NCBI GenBank assembly: GCA_963820525.1
Contig: CAWGAA010000001.1
Coordinates: 1,120,001-1,184,000 of the forward strand
From: an uncultured Spirochaetota bacterium
GTDB lineage: Bacteria > Spirochaetota > Spirochaetia > SZUA-6 > Fen-1364
DNA: 64,000 nucleotides
Reading direction: 5' to 3'
The position numbers and the translations under genes were made by a program. This document shows, piece by piece, positions 28,952-38,657 of the stretch. Positions within the stretch are counted from its first letter, which is position 1. Each line of letters starts with the position of its first letter. A model generated the notes under the pieces. It did not search any database. It saw only the letters and a list, made by a program, of their open reading frames with translations, and was not told where the DNA came from.

Positions 28952-29992
28952 TCACCCTCCTTGTGCGGCGCCGATCAGCGCGTCCAAGTTCTCCGCTGGC
29001 GTTCCGGGGGAAACCCCTCCGCCCGCGGAGAGAAGGAACGCGGGGTGACCGCCGTTTTCATTGATGCACCTCTTTGCACGGGCCGCTACCTCCTGGGGAG
29101 ACCCCTTGACCAGAACGTCCAGCGGCGCGACGTTTCCCATGAGGCAGACCGAGTCGCCCACGCGCCGCCGAGCCGAGCCGATGCTCTGCAGGTGCGTGAA
29201 GTTGAAGACGTTCACGCCCAGGTCAGCCAAAAACTCATAGCACACGGGCGAGTCGGTGTCGTTGTGAAGGATCTTCACGCGGGCCGGAATCCCGAACACT
29301 TCCTTGAAGCGGGGATGCGCGAACTCCCGGTAGTCTTCAGGGGAGAGAAACCCCATCACGTCGTCCAGCACCATGATCCCCTCGGTGCCCGGCAGAACGT
29401 CCGCCTGCGCCTCCAGCCACTCCTTCACGGTTCGCGTGGTCGTCTCCAGCAGCTTGTGCGTCTTTTCAGGCCAGGTTTTCATTCCCACGAGAAAGTCCGT
29501 GAGGCCCAACAGGTGCGCGGCCAGGGCAAGCGGCCCGCGGCTTGCCACGATCTTGATGTCCATCCCTGCGGCGCGAACCATCGGCAGGGCGCTCTTGTAC
29601 AGGGAGAGGACCAACGGCATCAACCCGTCCCGCCGGGGGTTGGCGGGGGTAAGCGCGTCGAGCTGGCACACATCCGAGGCGATGGGGTGGATGGACGGGG
29701 GCTGCACGGCCGAAAAAACCAGGCGGCAGCCGAAACCGGAAGGCTCTGCCGCCATGCCCGGCTCCACCCAGAAGCCGGGCAGGAAAATCGCGTCGGGAAA
29801 CCTGTTCATCACCGTCATGTTGGCCTGGAACCAGACCTCGGGGATGGCAATGTAGTCAACCGTTGAGATGCCGAGGAATGGCGGGATCCACGGGCTGTCG
29901 ATTATCAGGGCAACCGGGGGGGTCGGGAGGGGTTCTCCCCGGGAGGCCTTCAGAAGGTGTTCCCACTGTGCTGCCCTCATAGCATCCCCCAT
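28952..29992 (-). CDS. Uroporphyrinogen-decarboxylase/MtaA-CmuA superfamily protein
   Basis: EPSGFG, GPLALAAHLLG, FLSPEDYREF, LMGNVAP...GSPQEV, FLLSAGG..PGTPAEN TIM-barrel pattern. Confidence 0.85.
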   Translation of the reverse strand: MGDAMRAAQWEHLLKASRGEPLPTPPVALIIDSPWIPPFLGISTVDYIAIPEVWFQANMTVMNRFPDAIFLPGFWVEPGMAAEPSGFGCRLVFSAVQPPSIHPIASDVCQLDALTPANPRRDGLMPLVLSLYKSALPMVRAAGMDIKIVASRGPLALAAHLLGLTDFLVGMKTWPEKTHKLLETTTRTVKEWLEAQADVLPGTEGIMVLDDVMGFLSPEDYREFAHPRFKEVFGIPARVKILHNDTDSPVCYEFLADLGVNVFNFTHLQSIGSARRRVGDSVCLMGNVAPLDVLVKGSPQEVAARAKRCINENGGHPAFLLSAGGGVSPGTPAENLDALIGAAQGG

Positions 29993-30007
29993 GGGCTCAT
30001 TTTTTTC

Positions 30008-30055
30008 TTGACAAGACGGGAGAGGGGGTCCACAATGCCTGCCATACAAGTATGG
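30008..30055 (+). promoter_or_regulatory. GntR promoter plus palindromic operator candidate
   Basis: TTGACA-N17-CACAAT (30008-30036); palindrome CCATAC-AA-GTATGG (30042-30055) overlapping the gntR ATG in the divergent intergenic region. Confidence 0.6.
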
Positions 30056-30789
30056 TAGCACCGAAGCGGCTGATGGTCGAGATACTGGAACAAGAAAAAA
30101 ACCAGCCCATCCACCAGTGGGTTTACCAGGTCCTTCGGACCAATATCATCAAGCTCACCCTGAGGCCCGCCCAGCACATAAGCGAGAACGAGGTCTCCGA
30201 AGCCCTGGGAATAAGCCGGACTCCCGTTCGGGAAGCGTTCATCAGGCTGGCTGAGGACGGCCTGATCAAAATCACGCCGCAGAAAAGGTCCAGCATTTCT
30301 CTCATTGACCTTGAACAGGCTGAAGAGGCGCGGTTCGTGCGCATGGCCCTGGAAAAGGCCGTGCTGCGGGAGGCGTGCCGCGGGTTTTCCGAGACGGACC
30401 TCGCGGCCCTGAGCGCGAACATCCAGCAGCAGCGGGATTGCCGGCGTTCCAAGGCCTACGAGCGGATGCTGATTGTGGACAACGATTTCCATCACATCAT
30501 TTTCCGCGGCTGCGGGAAGGAGCGAAGCTGGTACTATCTGAAGAAGCTGGACTACAACTACGACAGGCTTCGAACCATGGTCATGCCCATCTCCCTGGAC
30601 CAGATCATCCTGGAGCACTCCCGGATCAGGGACGCTATTGCGGGCGGGGACATCGAGTGCGTCGACGAAATCGTGGATCGGCACCTGACGTGGGAGAAGA
30701 TCGAGAGAGTGGTGCACGAATGTCCCCCGGAGTATTTCAAGCAGAACCTTAGAAACGGACGGCTCGAGGCGTCCGTGGCGGCGCGCTGA
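30052..30789 (+). CDS. GntR (FadR/FCD) family transcriptional regulator
   Basis: ISRTPVREAF wHTH; DNDFH and EH FCD residues. Confidence 0.92.
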   Translation: MVAPKRLMVEILEQEKNQPIHQWVYQVLRTNIIKLTLRPAQHISENEVSEALGISRTPVREAFIRLAEDGLIKITPQKRSSISLIDLEQAEEARFVRMALEKAVLREACRGFSETDLAALSANIQQQRDCRRSKAYERMLIVDNDFHHIIFRGCGKERSWYYLKKLDYNYDRLRTMVMPISLDQIILEHSRIRDAIAGGDIECVDEIVDRHLTWEKIERVVHECPPEYFKQNLRNGRLEASVAAR

Positions 30790-30886
30790 TGGCGCCGCGT
30801 CGAGCATGAGCGGAAAGGAGGTACGGAAGCTCAAGACCGGAAAGACTTCGGGAATCAATCCCGAAAAAAGACTGTAAGGAGGCGAC

Positions 30887-32049
30887 ATGAAAAATTTCTT
30901 CGAATGGCTGTCATTTTCGTCGCGCTGGCCCTCACGCCCACGCTTCTCTTCTCTCAGGCCGACTGGACGGGCAAGCCCGTGAAGCTCAGCATCATCGACG
31001 TGGCGGGGAACCTGCGCCTCTCCAAGCCGGCAATCGAGGCGTTCAAGGCCGCAAACCCGAAGATGATTGCCGACATCGAGTACATCATCGCAACGGCCCC
31101 CGAGCTGGTGGCGAAAATCAAGGCGCAGCAGATGGCGGGCAACCTGGATACCACGATGGTCCTCACGGGCTATGACGGCATGGCGTCCGGAAAAGAACAG
31201 GGGGTCTGGGTGCAGCTCATGCCCAAGTACAAGGACGTATTCCAGAAATCGGTCGATTCCTATGTTCCCGGGGCAAAGGCGGCGTACAACCTGTTCGAGG
31301 GCTTCGGGATCGCCTACGTTTTCTGCCCCGGCGGACCCATGTTCACGTACAACCCCGACAAGGTGAAGACCCCGCCCAAGACCGCCGCGGATCTCCTGGC
31401 GTGGGCCAAGGCCAATCCCGGCAAGTTCCTCTATGCCAGGCCCGCGAACTCCGGGCCGGGACGCGCCCTGCTCCAGGGGCTGCCGTACATCCTGGGAGAC
31501 CCCGACCCGAAAGACCCGGCCACGTGGACAAAAACGTGGGCGTATCTGAAGGAGCTGGACAACTACATCGATTACTACCCCTCGGGAACCGCAATCACAT
31601 TCAAGGAGCTGGCGGAAGGCACCCGGTGGATCCTTGCCAGCCACCTGGGCTGGGACATGAACCAGCGCATCCTGGAAACCATTCCCGCCAACTTCCAGGG
31701 ATTCTTCCTCGATAAAACGACCTGGGTCAACGACACCCAGTTTATGGTGGTTCCCAAGGGCCTGGACGCCAACCGTGAAAAGGCAACCATCGCCCTCATG
31801 GAGTGGCTCATGCAGCCGGCGCAGCAGGCGGTCACCTATGACGACGGCTACTTCTATCCCGGCCCGGCCATCAAGGGCGTTCCCCTCTCCATGGCTCCGC
31901 AGGCCAGCCAGGACCGGATCAAGCCCGCTATGCGCGCCGCCTATGACGCGGCCATCCAGAAGCTTCCCAACGCTTCGCAGCTGGATGCCAAGCCGCTTGT
32001 GACGGCGTTCGACATGTGGGACAAGCTCGTCGGCGCGAAGATCAAGTAA
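30887..32049 (+). CDS. ABC transporter substrate-binding protein (PotD/AfuA-like); apparent 1-base loss in the A-run of the signal peptide
   Basis: AAGGAGG RBS before ATG 30887; one extra A gives MKKFLRMAVIF; YARPANSGPGR, YFYPGP motifs. Confidence 0.85.
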
Positions 32050-32123
32050 CGATCCAGCGCATTTCAAGGGGGACGACGGAGGCGCACGCCGGCTCCGTTG
32101 CCCCTCAAACTTTGAGGTCTTCC

Positions 32124-33251
32124 ATGAAGGATTTCACCCGATTCAGCATCAAGGACGTCACCAAAGAGTTCGTCGGCAAGACCGCCCTCTCGCGGTTCTC
32201 CCTGGACATCTCCCACGGCGAGTTCGTCACCTTCCTGGGCCCGTCCGGATGCGGAAAGTCCACGGCGCTCAACTGCATTGCGGGGCTGCTTCAGATCACC
32301 CACGGGGAGATCTCCATTGACGGGGAGCCCATTGACGATGGAAAGAAGAAGGTGCCCCCGGAGAAGCGCGAGTTCGGCATGGTGTTTCAAAACTATGCCC
32401 TCTTCCCGCACCTCTCCGTGTTCGGCAACGTCGCCTTCGGGCTCAGCCTGCGAAAGCTGCCCAAGGCTGTCATCCGCGAAAAGGTCCTGACGGCGCTGAA
32501 GTTGGTGCACCTGGAGGGTCACGAAAGAAAATTTCCCGCCCAATTGTCGGGCGGAGAACAGCAGAGGGTGGCCATTGCCCGATGCATCGTGCTCGAGCCG
32601 CGGCTTCTCATGCTGGACGAGCCGCTATCTAATCTGGATGCCAAACTGCGCGTGGAGATGCGCAACGAGCTTCTGGCGCTGCATACGCGACTGAAGGTGA
32701 CAACCATCTACGTCACTCACGACCAACAGGAGGCCCTTGCCCTCTCGGATCGCATCGTCGTCATGCGGCAGGGGCATATCCAGCAGGTGGGCACCCCCCA
32801 GCAGGTGTACTCTGATCCCGCCAACCTGTTCGTGGCCGATTTCATGGGGTTCAAGAATATCTGGCAGGCTGAACTCGCTTCTCTCAAGGAGAGCGCCGGC
32901 GGCCTCGAAGCCGAGGTAATCGTGAATGGAGTGAAGCTGCGCGCTCACCTGCGCTACCCCGCAGGGGACCCCCGGAGGGCCGCCCTTCTGGCCGCGTCCA
33001 AGGGTGACAGGAAGGTGAGAACCGCCATTCGGCCGGAAGACATCCGCGTGGGAAAGGCCGAGGGCGGCTCCCCCATGCAGGCGCAGGTTATGCTCGTGGA
33101 GTACCAGGGGCAGTCGAGCTCCGTGACCGCGCAGGCGAAAAACGATACCACCATCGAGCTTCGGCCCTCGACTTCCATGAGGACCGGAGATCCCATTGAG
33201 CTTACCATCGCGCCGGAGAGCGTGTTCGTGTTCGCGGACACCCAGGGGTGA
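32124..33251 (+). CDS. ABC transporter ATP-binding protein (PotA-like, TOBE domain)
   Basis: GPSGCGKS, LSGGEQQR, DEPLSNLD. Confidence 0.93.
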   Translation: MKDFTRFSIKDVTKEFVGKTALSRFSLDISHGEFVTFLGPSGCGKSTALNCIAGLLQITHGEISIDGEPIDDGKKKVPPEKREFGMVFQNYALFPHLSVFGNVAFGLSLRKLPKAVIREKVLTALKLVHLEGHERKFPAQLSGGEQQRVAIARCIVLEPRLLMLDEPLSNLDAKLRVEMRNELLALHTRLKVTTIYVTHDQQEALALSDRIVVMRQGHIQQVGTPQQVYSDPANLFVADFMGFKNIWQAELASLKESAGGLEAEVIVNGVKLRAHLRYPAGDPRRAALLAASKGDRKVRTAIRPEDIRVGKAEGGSPMQAQVMLVEYQGQSSSVTAQAKNDTTIELRPSTSMRTGDPIELTIAPESVFVFADTQG

Positions 33252-33254
33252 GGC

Positions 33255-34112
33255 ATGAATAAAGGACTACGAGGCGCCGGCTTTCTCCTGCTCCTGCCCG
33301 CCCTTTTATTCGTCTTCCTTCTGTTCCTGTATCCCTTCCTCTATGGGCTGTTTCTCAGCTTCACGGACGCCGGCGGCGCCCCCACCCTCTCCAACTACGC
33401 GCGGTTCTTCCTGGATTCATGGGAGGCCCGCACGATCTGGGTCACGCTCTGGATCTCCGTTCCCGCCACCCTCATCAACGTGGTCCTCGCCATTCCCTTC
33501 GCCGTCTTCATGCGCCATGGGATGCGCGGAGAGAAGGTGGTCACGTTTTTCCTGATCGTCCCCCTCACCCTCGGGACCGTGCTGGTCTCCGAGGGAATGC
33601 TCACCTATATGGGACCCAACGGGTGGCTCAACCAGCTTCTCCAGGCCATCCACCTAGCCAGGGCCCCCATCAGATTCACGCATAACTACCTCGGGGTCCT
33701 GATCTCACTGGTCATCCAGGGCTTCCCGTTCGCGTTCCTCATGATTCTGGGGTACGTCTCCGGAATCAACCCGGATCTAGAAAAGGCAAGCCGGATGCTC
33801 GGCGCCTCGCGGCTTCAGACTTTCGCCAGGGTGCTGTTTCCGCTCATGGTGCCGGGAATCGCCATCTGCTTCTGCCTGAACTTCGTCATGGCTTTTTCGG
33901 TGTTTCCGTCCGCCATGCTCCTGGGCCAACCGTCGGGCCCCACCCGCGTCATCGCCATCGCGGCCTGGCAGTGGGCCTTCGAAAAGTTCGATTTCAACGC
34001 CGCCTCTGCCATTTCCATGATCATGGCGGCCATCGAGCTTGTCGTCATCTCCCTGGTCCTCGTGTGGCGCAACAGGATGTACAAAGGCGCATCCATGGTC
34101 GGAAAGGGATAG
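33255..34112 (+). CDS. ABC transporter permease (PotB-like)
   Basis: TM segments, EKASRMLGAS (EAA loop). Confidence 0.9.
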   Translation: MNKGLRGAGFLLLLPALLFVFLLFLYPFLYGLFLSFTDAGGAPTLSNYARFFLDSWEARTIWVTLWISVPATLINVVLAIPFAVFMRHGMRGEKVVTFFLIVPLTLGTVLVSEGMLTYMGPNGWLNQLLQAIHLARAPIRFTHNYLGVLISLVIQGFPFAFLMILGYVSGINPDLEKASRMLGASRLQTFARVLFPLMVPGIAICFCLNFVMAFSVFPSAMLLGQPSGPTRVIAIAAWQWAFEKFDFNAASAISMIMAAIELVVISLVLVWRNRMYKGASMVGKG

Positions 34113-34116
34113 GCAC

Positions 34117-34935
34117 ATGCAGGGGAAAAGACTCACGCTGGGCGGGGTGTTCTTCATCCTCGCCATGATCGTCTACGTGGGAAACGTCCTGGGGATACTC
34201 TTCACGGTCATTCTCAACTCGGCATCCAAGGGCTGGTATTCAGGGATCCTTCCCAAGTTCCTGACGGGAGAGTGGTACGTCTACGTTGCGGCGGAGCACG
34301 ATATCGCCAACCTGCTCCAGGTCACCTTCATCGTGGCCATTGCCGTGGTTGCCATTTCCATCTTGATCGCCTTTCCCGCCGCCTATGTCCTCAGCCGCAC
34401 GGACTTCAGGGGAAAGGCGGCGCTCCTCTCCCTCTTTCTGCTTCCCATGATCGTGCCGCCCATGACCTATGGAATTCCCCTGGCCATGGTGCTCTACAAG
34501 TTTCATCTGGCCGCACGGGTGACGGGTGTGATCCTTGCCAACCTCGTTCCGATAGTCCCGTTCGTGATTCTCATCCTGATGCCGTTCATAGAGCAGGTGG
34601 GAGCCAATCTGGAATCCGCCGCGCAGATGCTGGGCGCGCGCCGCTTGACCATTTTCAGAAAGATCCTCGTTCCGCTGACCCTGCCCGGGATTCTCACCGC
34701 GGGGATCCTCTCCATCGTGAAGACGATATCGATGTTCGAGCTTACCTACCTGGTTGCCGGAGGGAAGTCCCAGACCATCGTCGTCGCGCTCTACGCCGAT
34801 GCGTATGCCGCCGGAGCGCGCCCCCCGCAGGCGGTGGACGCGCTGGCCGTCATCTACTTCCTCATCACGATGGTGTGCCTCATCATTGCGCTTCGATTCG
34901 TCAGCCCCACGCAGATGGTGTTCAAGATCAAGTAG
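34117..34935 (+). CDS. ABC transporter permease (PotC-like)
   Basis: ESAAQMLGA (EAA loop), DFRGKAALLSLFLLP. Confidence 0.9.
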   Translation: MQGKRLTLGGVFFILAMIVYVGNVLGILFTVILNSASKGWYSGILPKFLTGEWYVYVAAEHDIANLLQVTFIVAIAVVAISILIAFPAAYVLSRTDFRGKAALLSLFLLPMIVPPMTYGIPLAMVLYKFHLAARVTGVILANLVPIVPFVILILMPFIEQVGANLESAAQMLGARRLTIFRKILVPLTLPGILTAGILSIVKTISMFELTYLVAGGKSQTIVVALYADAYAAGARPPQAVDALAVIYFLITMVCLIIALRFVSPTQMVFKIK

Positions 34936-35005
34936 GGCCGCCCATTCTCCAACGCGCGCCATCGGACCGGTGCGTGATTGGCGGCGCATCTCTTCGGCTC
35001 CCGGC

Positions 35006-35045
35006 TTGACCTCTTCTCTTTTATCTGTTACATTACACATTGTAA
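35006..35045 (+). promoter_or_regulatory. Sigma70 promoter of the recombinase overlapped by an inverted repeat
   Basis: TTGACC-N17-TACATT; TTACA-N8-TGTAA at 35028-35045. Confidence 0.55.
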
Positions 35046-35080
35046 TTTGTATTATTTCACAAGAAAGAAGGAAAGGGGAT

Positions 35081-35983
35081 ATGGCGAAAAAGGCTTCGAA
35101 GAGCGGAGATACGGATCGGCTTCTCGCGGAGCTGGAGGCAATCCGGGACAGATACAGGCTCGACGTCAAGCAGTTCATCGGGTTTGTGAGAGAGAAAAAG
35201 CTCACGATCGTGGAAGGTCTCGGCCAATACGCGAAATGGCTGGATGAGGATCACGATGGCAAGCGGTACTCGCCGGCCACGGTCAACAGGAAGATAGCGG
35301 CGGCGAAAAGCAGGGTCCGCTATGCATTCAAGCACAGCGCGTATGCGGACAGCCTGCGCAAGAAGCACCAGTTGGAAGACGTCGTGAAGGCCGTGAAGCT
35401 GAAAACGATCGACACGATCGCGGTGCCGACCACGAAGGTGCTGAGCTTCGACCAGGTAAAAAAGCTGGTCGAGGGCACGAAGGACAAAACGGTCAGGCTC
35501 ATGGTTGCGTTTCTCTGCGGCACGGGCGTCAGGGTGTCTGAAATGCTGGGCATTCGGCTTTCGGATATAAAGACGGGCCGCGGCGAGTTTGTCCAAGTGC
35601 GAATCGTGGGAAAGGGCGCAAAGGAAAGGATGGTCCATGTAAAGAAGGAGTTCATAGACAGAACCAGGAAGCACTTCAACGGCTCGACATACCTTTTCGA
35701 GCATCAGGGCAGGCGCTTCAATAGAATATCCGTGACGAATCGGATCAAACACGAAGCCCTCAAGGCGATCGGAAGGGAAGTGACGGCTCATCAGCTCCGA
35801 CACACCTGGGCCACCATCCAGATTCGGCGGGGCAGAGACGTCAAAGCCGTTGCGGCGGTGCTCGGACACTCGGACCCCGGGTTGACGTTGCGGATGTACG
35901 ACAAGACGGGACTCAAGCCGGAAGAGGCTTTCCTGGACCTGGAAGAGAAGAAGCGCAAGAACGCTGAAAAGACCGGTGAATAA
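35081..35983 (+). CDS. Tyrosine recombinase (XerC/integrase-like)
   Basis: Catalytic set GVRVSE (R), GKGAKER (K), HQLR, LGHS, RMY (Y). Confidence 0.9.
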   Translation: MAKKASKSGDTDRLLAELEAIRDRYRLDVKQFIGFVREKKLTIVEGLGQYAKWLDEDHDGKRYSPATVNRKIAAAKSRVRYAFKHSAYADSLRKKHQLEDVVKAVKLKTIDTIAVPTTKVLSFDQVKKLVEGTKDKTVRLMVAFLCGTGVRVSEMLGIRLSDIKTGRGEFVQVRIVGKGAKERMVHVKKEFIDRTRKHFNGSTYLFEHQGRRFNRISVTNRIKHEALKAIGREVTAHQLRHTWATIQIRRGRDVKAVAAVLGHSDPGLTLRMYDKTGLKPEEAFLDLEEKKRKNAEKTGE

Positions 35984-35990
35984 CGCCGGG

Positions 35991-36029
35991 AGCCCCTCGG
36001 AAAAAAGCTTTCAAGGCCGAGGGGCTTTT
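35991..36029 (+). terminator. Intrinsic terminator
   Basis: AGCCCCTCGG...CCGAGGGGCT followed by TTT. Confidence 0.6.
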
Positions 36030-36075
36030 ACTGCCATCTACTATTCGCCCGTTGGATCGGGCATTGGAGGACAGC

Positions 36076-36954
36076 ATGTATTACTGGATTTTTGTGGGTA
36101 TCGTTGTTGTATTGTTCATTTTCTTCAACGGGATCAGGGTTGTGCGGCCGACCACGAGAGGCCTCGTGGAGAGGCTCGGGAAATACCGCCGGTTTGCCAA
36201 GCCTGGTTTCAATTGGATCATCCCGGTTATCGATCGACTCTACAAGATCAACATCACGGAGGTCATGGTAAACGCGGAGCCGCAGGAAATAATCACAAGC
36301 GACAAGCTGAATGCCAGTGTGGACGCCCAGGTCTATTTCAAGGTGAAAAGCGACGAGGAAAACGTGAAGAACTCCCAGTATGCCGTCAATAACTACAAGT
36401 ACCAGATCGTCAACCTTGCCAGAACCACTTTGCGCAACATCATCGGCACGATGACCCTCAAGTCCGCCAACAGCGAGCGCGGGATGATAAACAGCGAGCT
36501 GCAGAAGACATTACGCAGTGAAACGGGGCACTGGGGAATCGATATCGTCAGAACGGAATTGAAGGAGATCGATCCTCCCGAGGACGTTCAGGCGACGATG
36601 AACAAGGTGGTGAAGGCGGAGAACGAAAAGGTCGCGGCAATCGATTTCGCAACAGCCACGGAAACGATGGCAGACGGCGCGCGCAGGGCGGAGATCAAGA
36701 AGGCGGAAGGCGTCAGGCAGGCGAAGATCCTCGAAGCTGAAGGCGAAGCACAGGCGATCAAGCTCGTCAATGAAGCCGCGGACAAATATTTCGTCGGAAA
36801 CGCGCAGCTCTTGAGGAGGCTCATCGCGGTGGAAGCGGCGCTTTCTTCTAACGCAAAGATCGTGATTCCGGCGAACACGGAGCTCGTGAACGTGGTTGGG
36901 GAAATGGCCGGGATCCTGCCCTGGAAGAAGGAAGCGGCGCCGGCCAAGCCGTAA
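36076..36954 (+). CDS. SPFH/band 7 domain protein (stomatin-like)
   Basis: VERLGKY, PQEIITSD, TTLRNIIG, AEGEAQAI. Confidence 0.9.
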   Translation: MYYWIFVGIVVVLFIFFNGIRVVRPTTRGLVERLGKYRRFAKPGFNWIIPVIDRLYKINITEVMVNAEPQEIITSDKLNASVDAQVYFKVKSDEENVKNSQYAVNNYKYQIVNLARTTLRNIIGTMTLKSANSERGMINSELQKTLRSETGHWGIDIVRTELKEIDPPEDVQATMNKVVKAENEKVAAIDFATATETMADGARRAEIKKAEGVRQAKILEAEGEAQAIKLVNEAADKYFVGNAQLLRRLIAVEAALSSNAKIVIPANTELVNVVGEMAGILPWKKEAAPAKP

Positions 36955-37024
36955 GGCTTGGCGCGGGCTATTCACCTGGATTGATGTGCCTTCCCGCAGC
37001 TTGCGCTGCGGGAAGGCGGTCAGT

Positions 37025-38287
37025 TCAGTTGGTCGCGAACCGCGGCGCGGACCGGCGGGCGGGGCCGCAGCGGAATCCCCGGCCTCGGGGCTGCTGCTGT
37101 CCTCGGCCGCGCCTGAAATCGCCCGGGACCGGCGCTTGCCCTGGCTTCTTTGCCAAGGGCGCTGTGGTGTAGTCGAATCCTTCTGCCTTTTGCCGCGGCA
37201 GGCGCTTTCCCAGGGCACGCTCGATGGCGGCGAAGTCCTTCTCCTCCTCGGGGGAGACCAGGGTGTATGCGTCACCCGTCAGCTGGGCGCGCGCCGTGCG
37301 GCCCACCCGGTGGATGTAGTCGTCGGGCTGGTGGGGCACATCGAAGTTCACCACCGAGCCCAGCGCTTCGATGTCGATGCCGCGCGCGGCGATGTCGGTC
37401 GCGACGAGCACCCGGAAGCTGCCTTTCTTGAAGCCGGCAAGAGCGGCGGTGCGCTGCGACTGGCTGCGGTTGCCATGGATTCGCGCGCACGGCACTCCTT
37501 TCTTGTCCAGGAAATTCGCGAGTCTGTCGGCGCGATGCTTGGTCCGCGTGAATATCAGCACGCTTCCCGATATGTCCCGACAGAGGAGCTCGAGGAGAAG
37601 GTCCGACTTTCGCTCCGATGAGACGGGGAACACGGCGTGCGAGACGCCGGTTGCCGGGGCAGGCTTCCGGTCGATGTTGATCCGCGCGGGGTCGCGGAGC
37701 AATTCCCGCGACAGCTCGACGATCGCGGGGGGAAGCGTTGCGGAGAAGAACAGGGTCTGGCGGTCTTCCGGAATCGCGGCCAGCACCCTTTTGATGTCGG
37801 GCAGGAATCCCATGTCGAGCATGCGGTCCGCCTCATCGAGCACGAGGTGCTCGAGGCTGGAGAAGTCGGCGTGAGGGCCGCGAAGGTGATCCAGGAGCCT
37901 GCCGGGGCAGGCGATGATCACGTCAACGCCCTTTCGAAGCGCCCGCTGCTGGCCGCCCATGCCCACCCCGCCGTACACGGCGGCGCAGGTCAGGCGCGTT
38001 CCGACTGCAAGCTGCTGGAAGTGCTCCGCTATCTGCGCCGCGAGCTCGCGCGTGGGCGCGAGCACCAGCGCCCGGGTGGCGCCGCGCTGGCGAGGAAGAA
38101 GCCGATTCATGATCGGAAGGAGGAACGCGGCCGTCTTGCCGCTGCCCGTCTCGGCGCTCGCCAGGACGTCCCGTCCCGCGAGCGCGGGAGGGATCGCGGC
38201 CAGCTGAATGGGGGTGGGCCGATCGAAGCCCATGCGCTCGACCGAGGCACGGAGCGGCTCCGAGAGTGAAAGCTGTGAAAAACTCAT
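37025..38287 (-). CDS. rhlE: DEAD-box RNA helicase
   Basis: Q motif, TGSGKT, PTRELA, DEAD, SAT, ARGID, HRVGRTAR. Confidence 0.93.
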   Translation of the reverse strand: MSFSQLSLSEPLRASVERMGFDRPTPIQLAAIPPALAGRDVLASAETGSGKTAAFLLPIMNRLLPRQRGATRALVLAPTRELAAQIAEHFQQLAVGTRLTCAAVYGGVGMGGQQRALRKGVDVIIACPGRLLDHLRGPHADFSSLEHLVLDEADRMLDMGFLPDIKRVLAAIPEDRQTLFFSATLPPAIVELSRELLRDPARINIDRKPAPATGVSHAVFPVSSERKSDLLLELLCRDISGSVLIFTRTKHRADRLANFLDKKGVPCARIHGNRSQSQRTAALAGFKKGSFRVLVATDIAARGIDIEALGSVVNFDVPHQPDDYIHRVGRTARAQLTGDAYTLVSPEEEKDFAAIERALGKRLPRQKAEGFDYTTAPLAKKPGQAPVPGDFRRGRGQQQPRGRGFRCGPARRSAPRFATN

Positions 38288-38441
38288 TATGATCCTTTAC
38301 AAGGTCCGGCAGGTGTGAGTGGATGTTCGGTGGAATCGCCGGTGAGGCCGCCGCGAGGACTTGAAAGGCCCTGTACACTCGTTTGCTGATCAGTCAGGCC
38401 CCGCGGGGCGGTGCGCTTGATCTGAAAGCAATGTACAGGCT

Positions 38442-38657
38442 ATGAGGATCAATGTCAACCCGCAGGTACGTGTCCTCCAAGAGTCAACGCTCACGCTCTT
38501 CGCGTTCCAGAAGCTCAAGGATCACAACACCGCGGATCTGCTGCCGGCAAAGCCGATGGTCCAGAAGTGGTGGAAGTACATGGCGGACATCATGGACTCC
38601 AACCCGGACAACTCTCCCGTCTGCGTTCCGCTCAACGAAGTGTTTCACATGGACTGA
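38442..38657 (+). pseudogene. rhaM: L-rhamnose mutarotase, C-terminal half only
   Basis: TLFAF...VQKWWKYMADIMDSNPDNSP...LNEVFHMD; N-terminal EYxxRH..WPE part absent. Confidence 0.8.

Noticed and set aside
28952..29992. Calling the gene hemE
   Set aside because: Lacks the RQAGR and LGHG UroD motifs and has no tetrapyrrole gene context
29977..32067. 696-aa minus-strand ORF and similar long antisense ORFs (41095-42771, 25183-26538, 45044-46252)
   Set aside because: Shadow frames of well-supported genes on the opposite strand in GC-rich DNA; no motifs
38290..38440. Structured RNA in the rhlE leader
   Set aside because: GC-rich with possible stems but no family motif I can recognise; needs an Rfam scan
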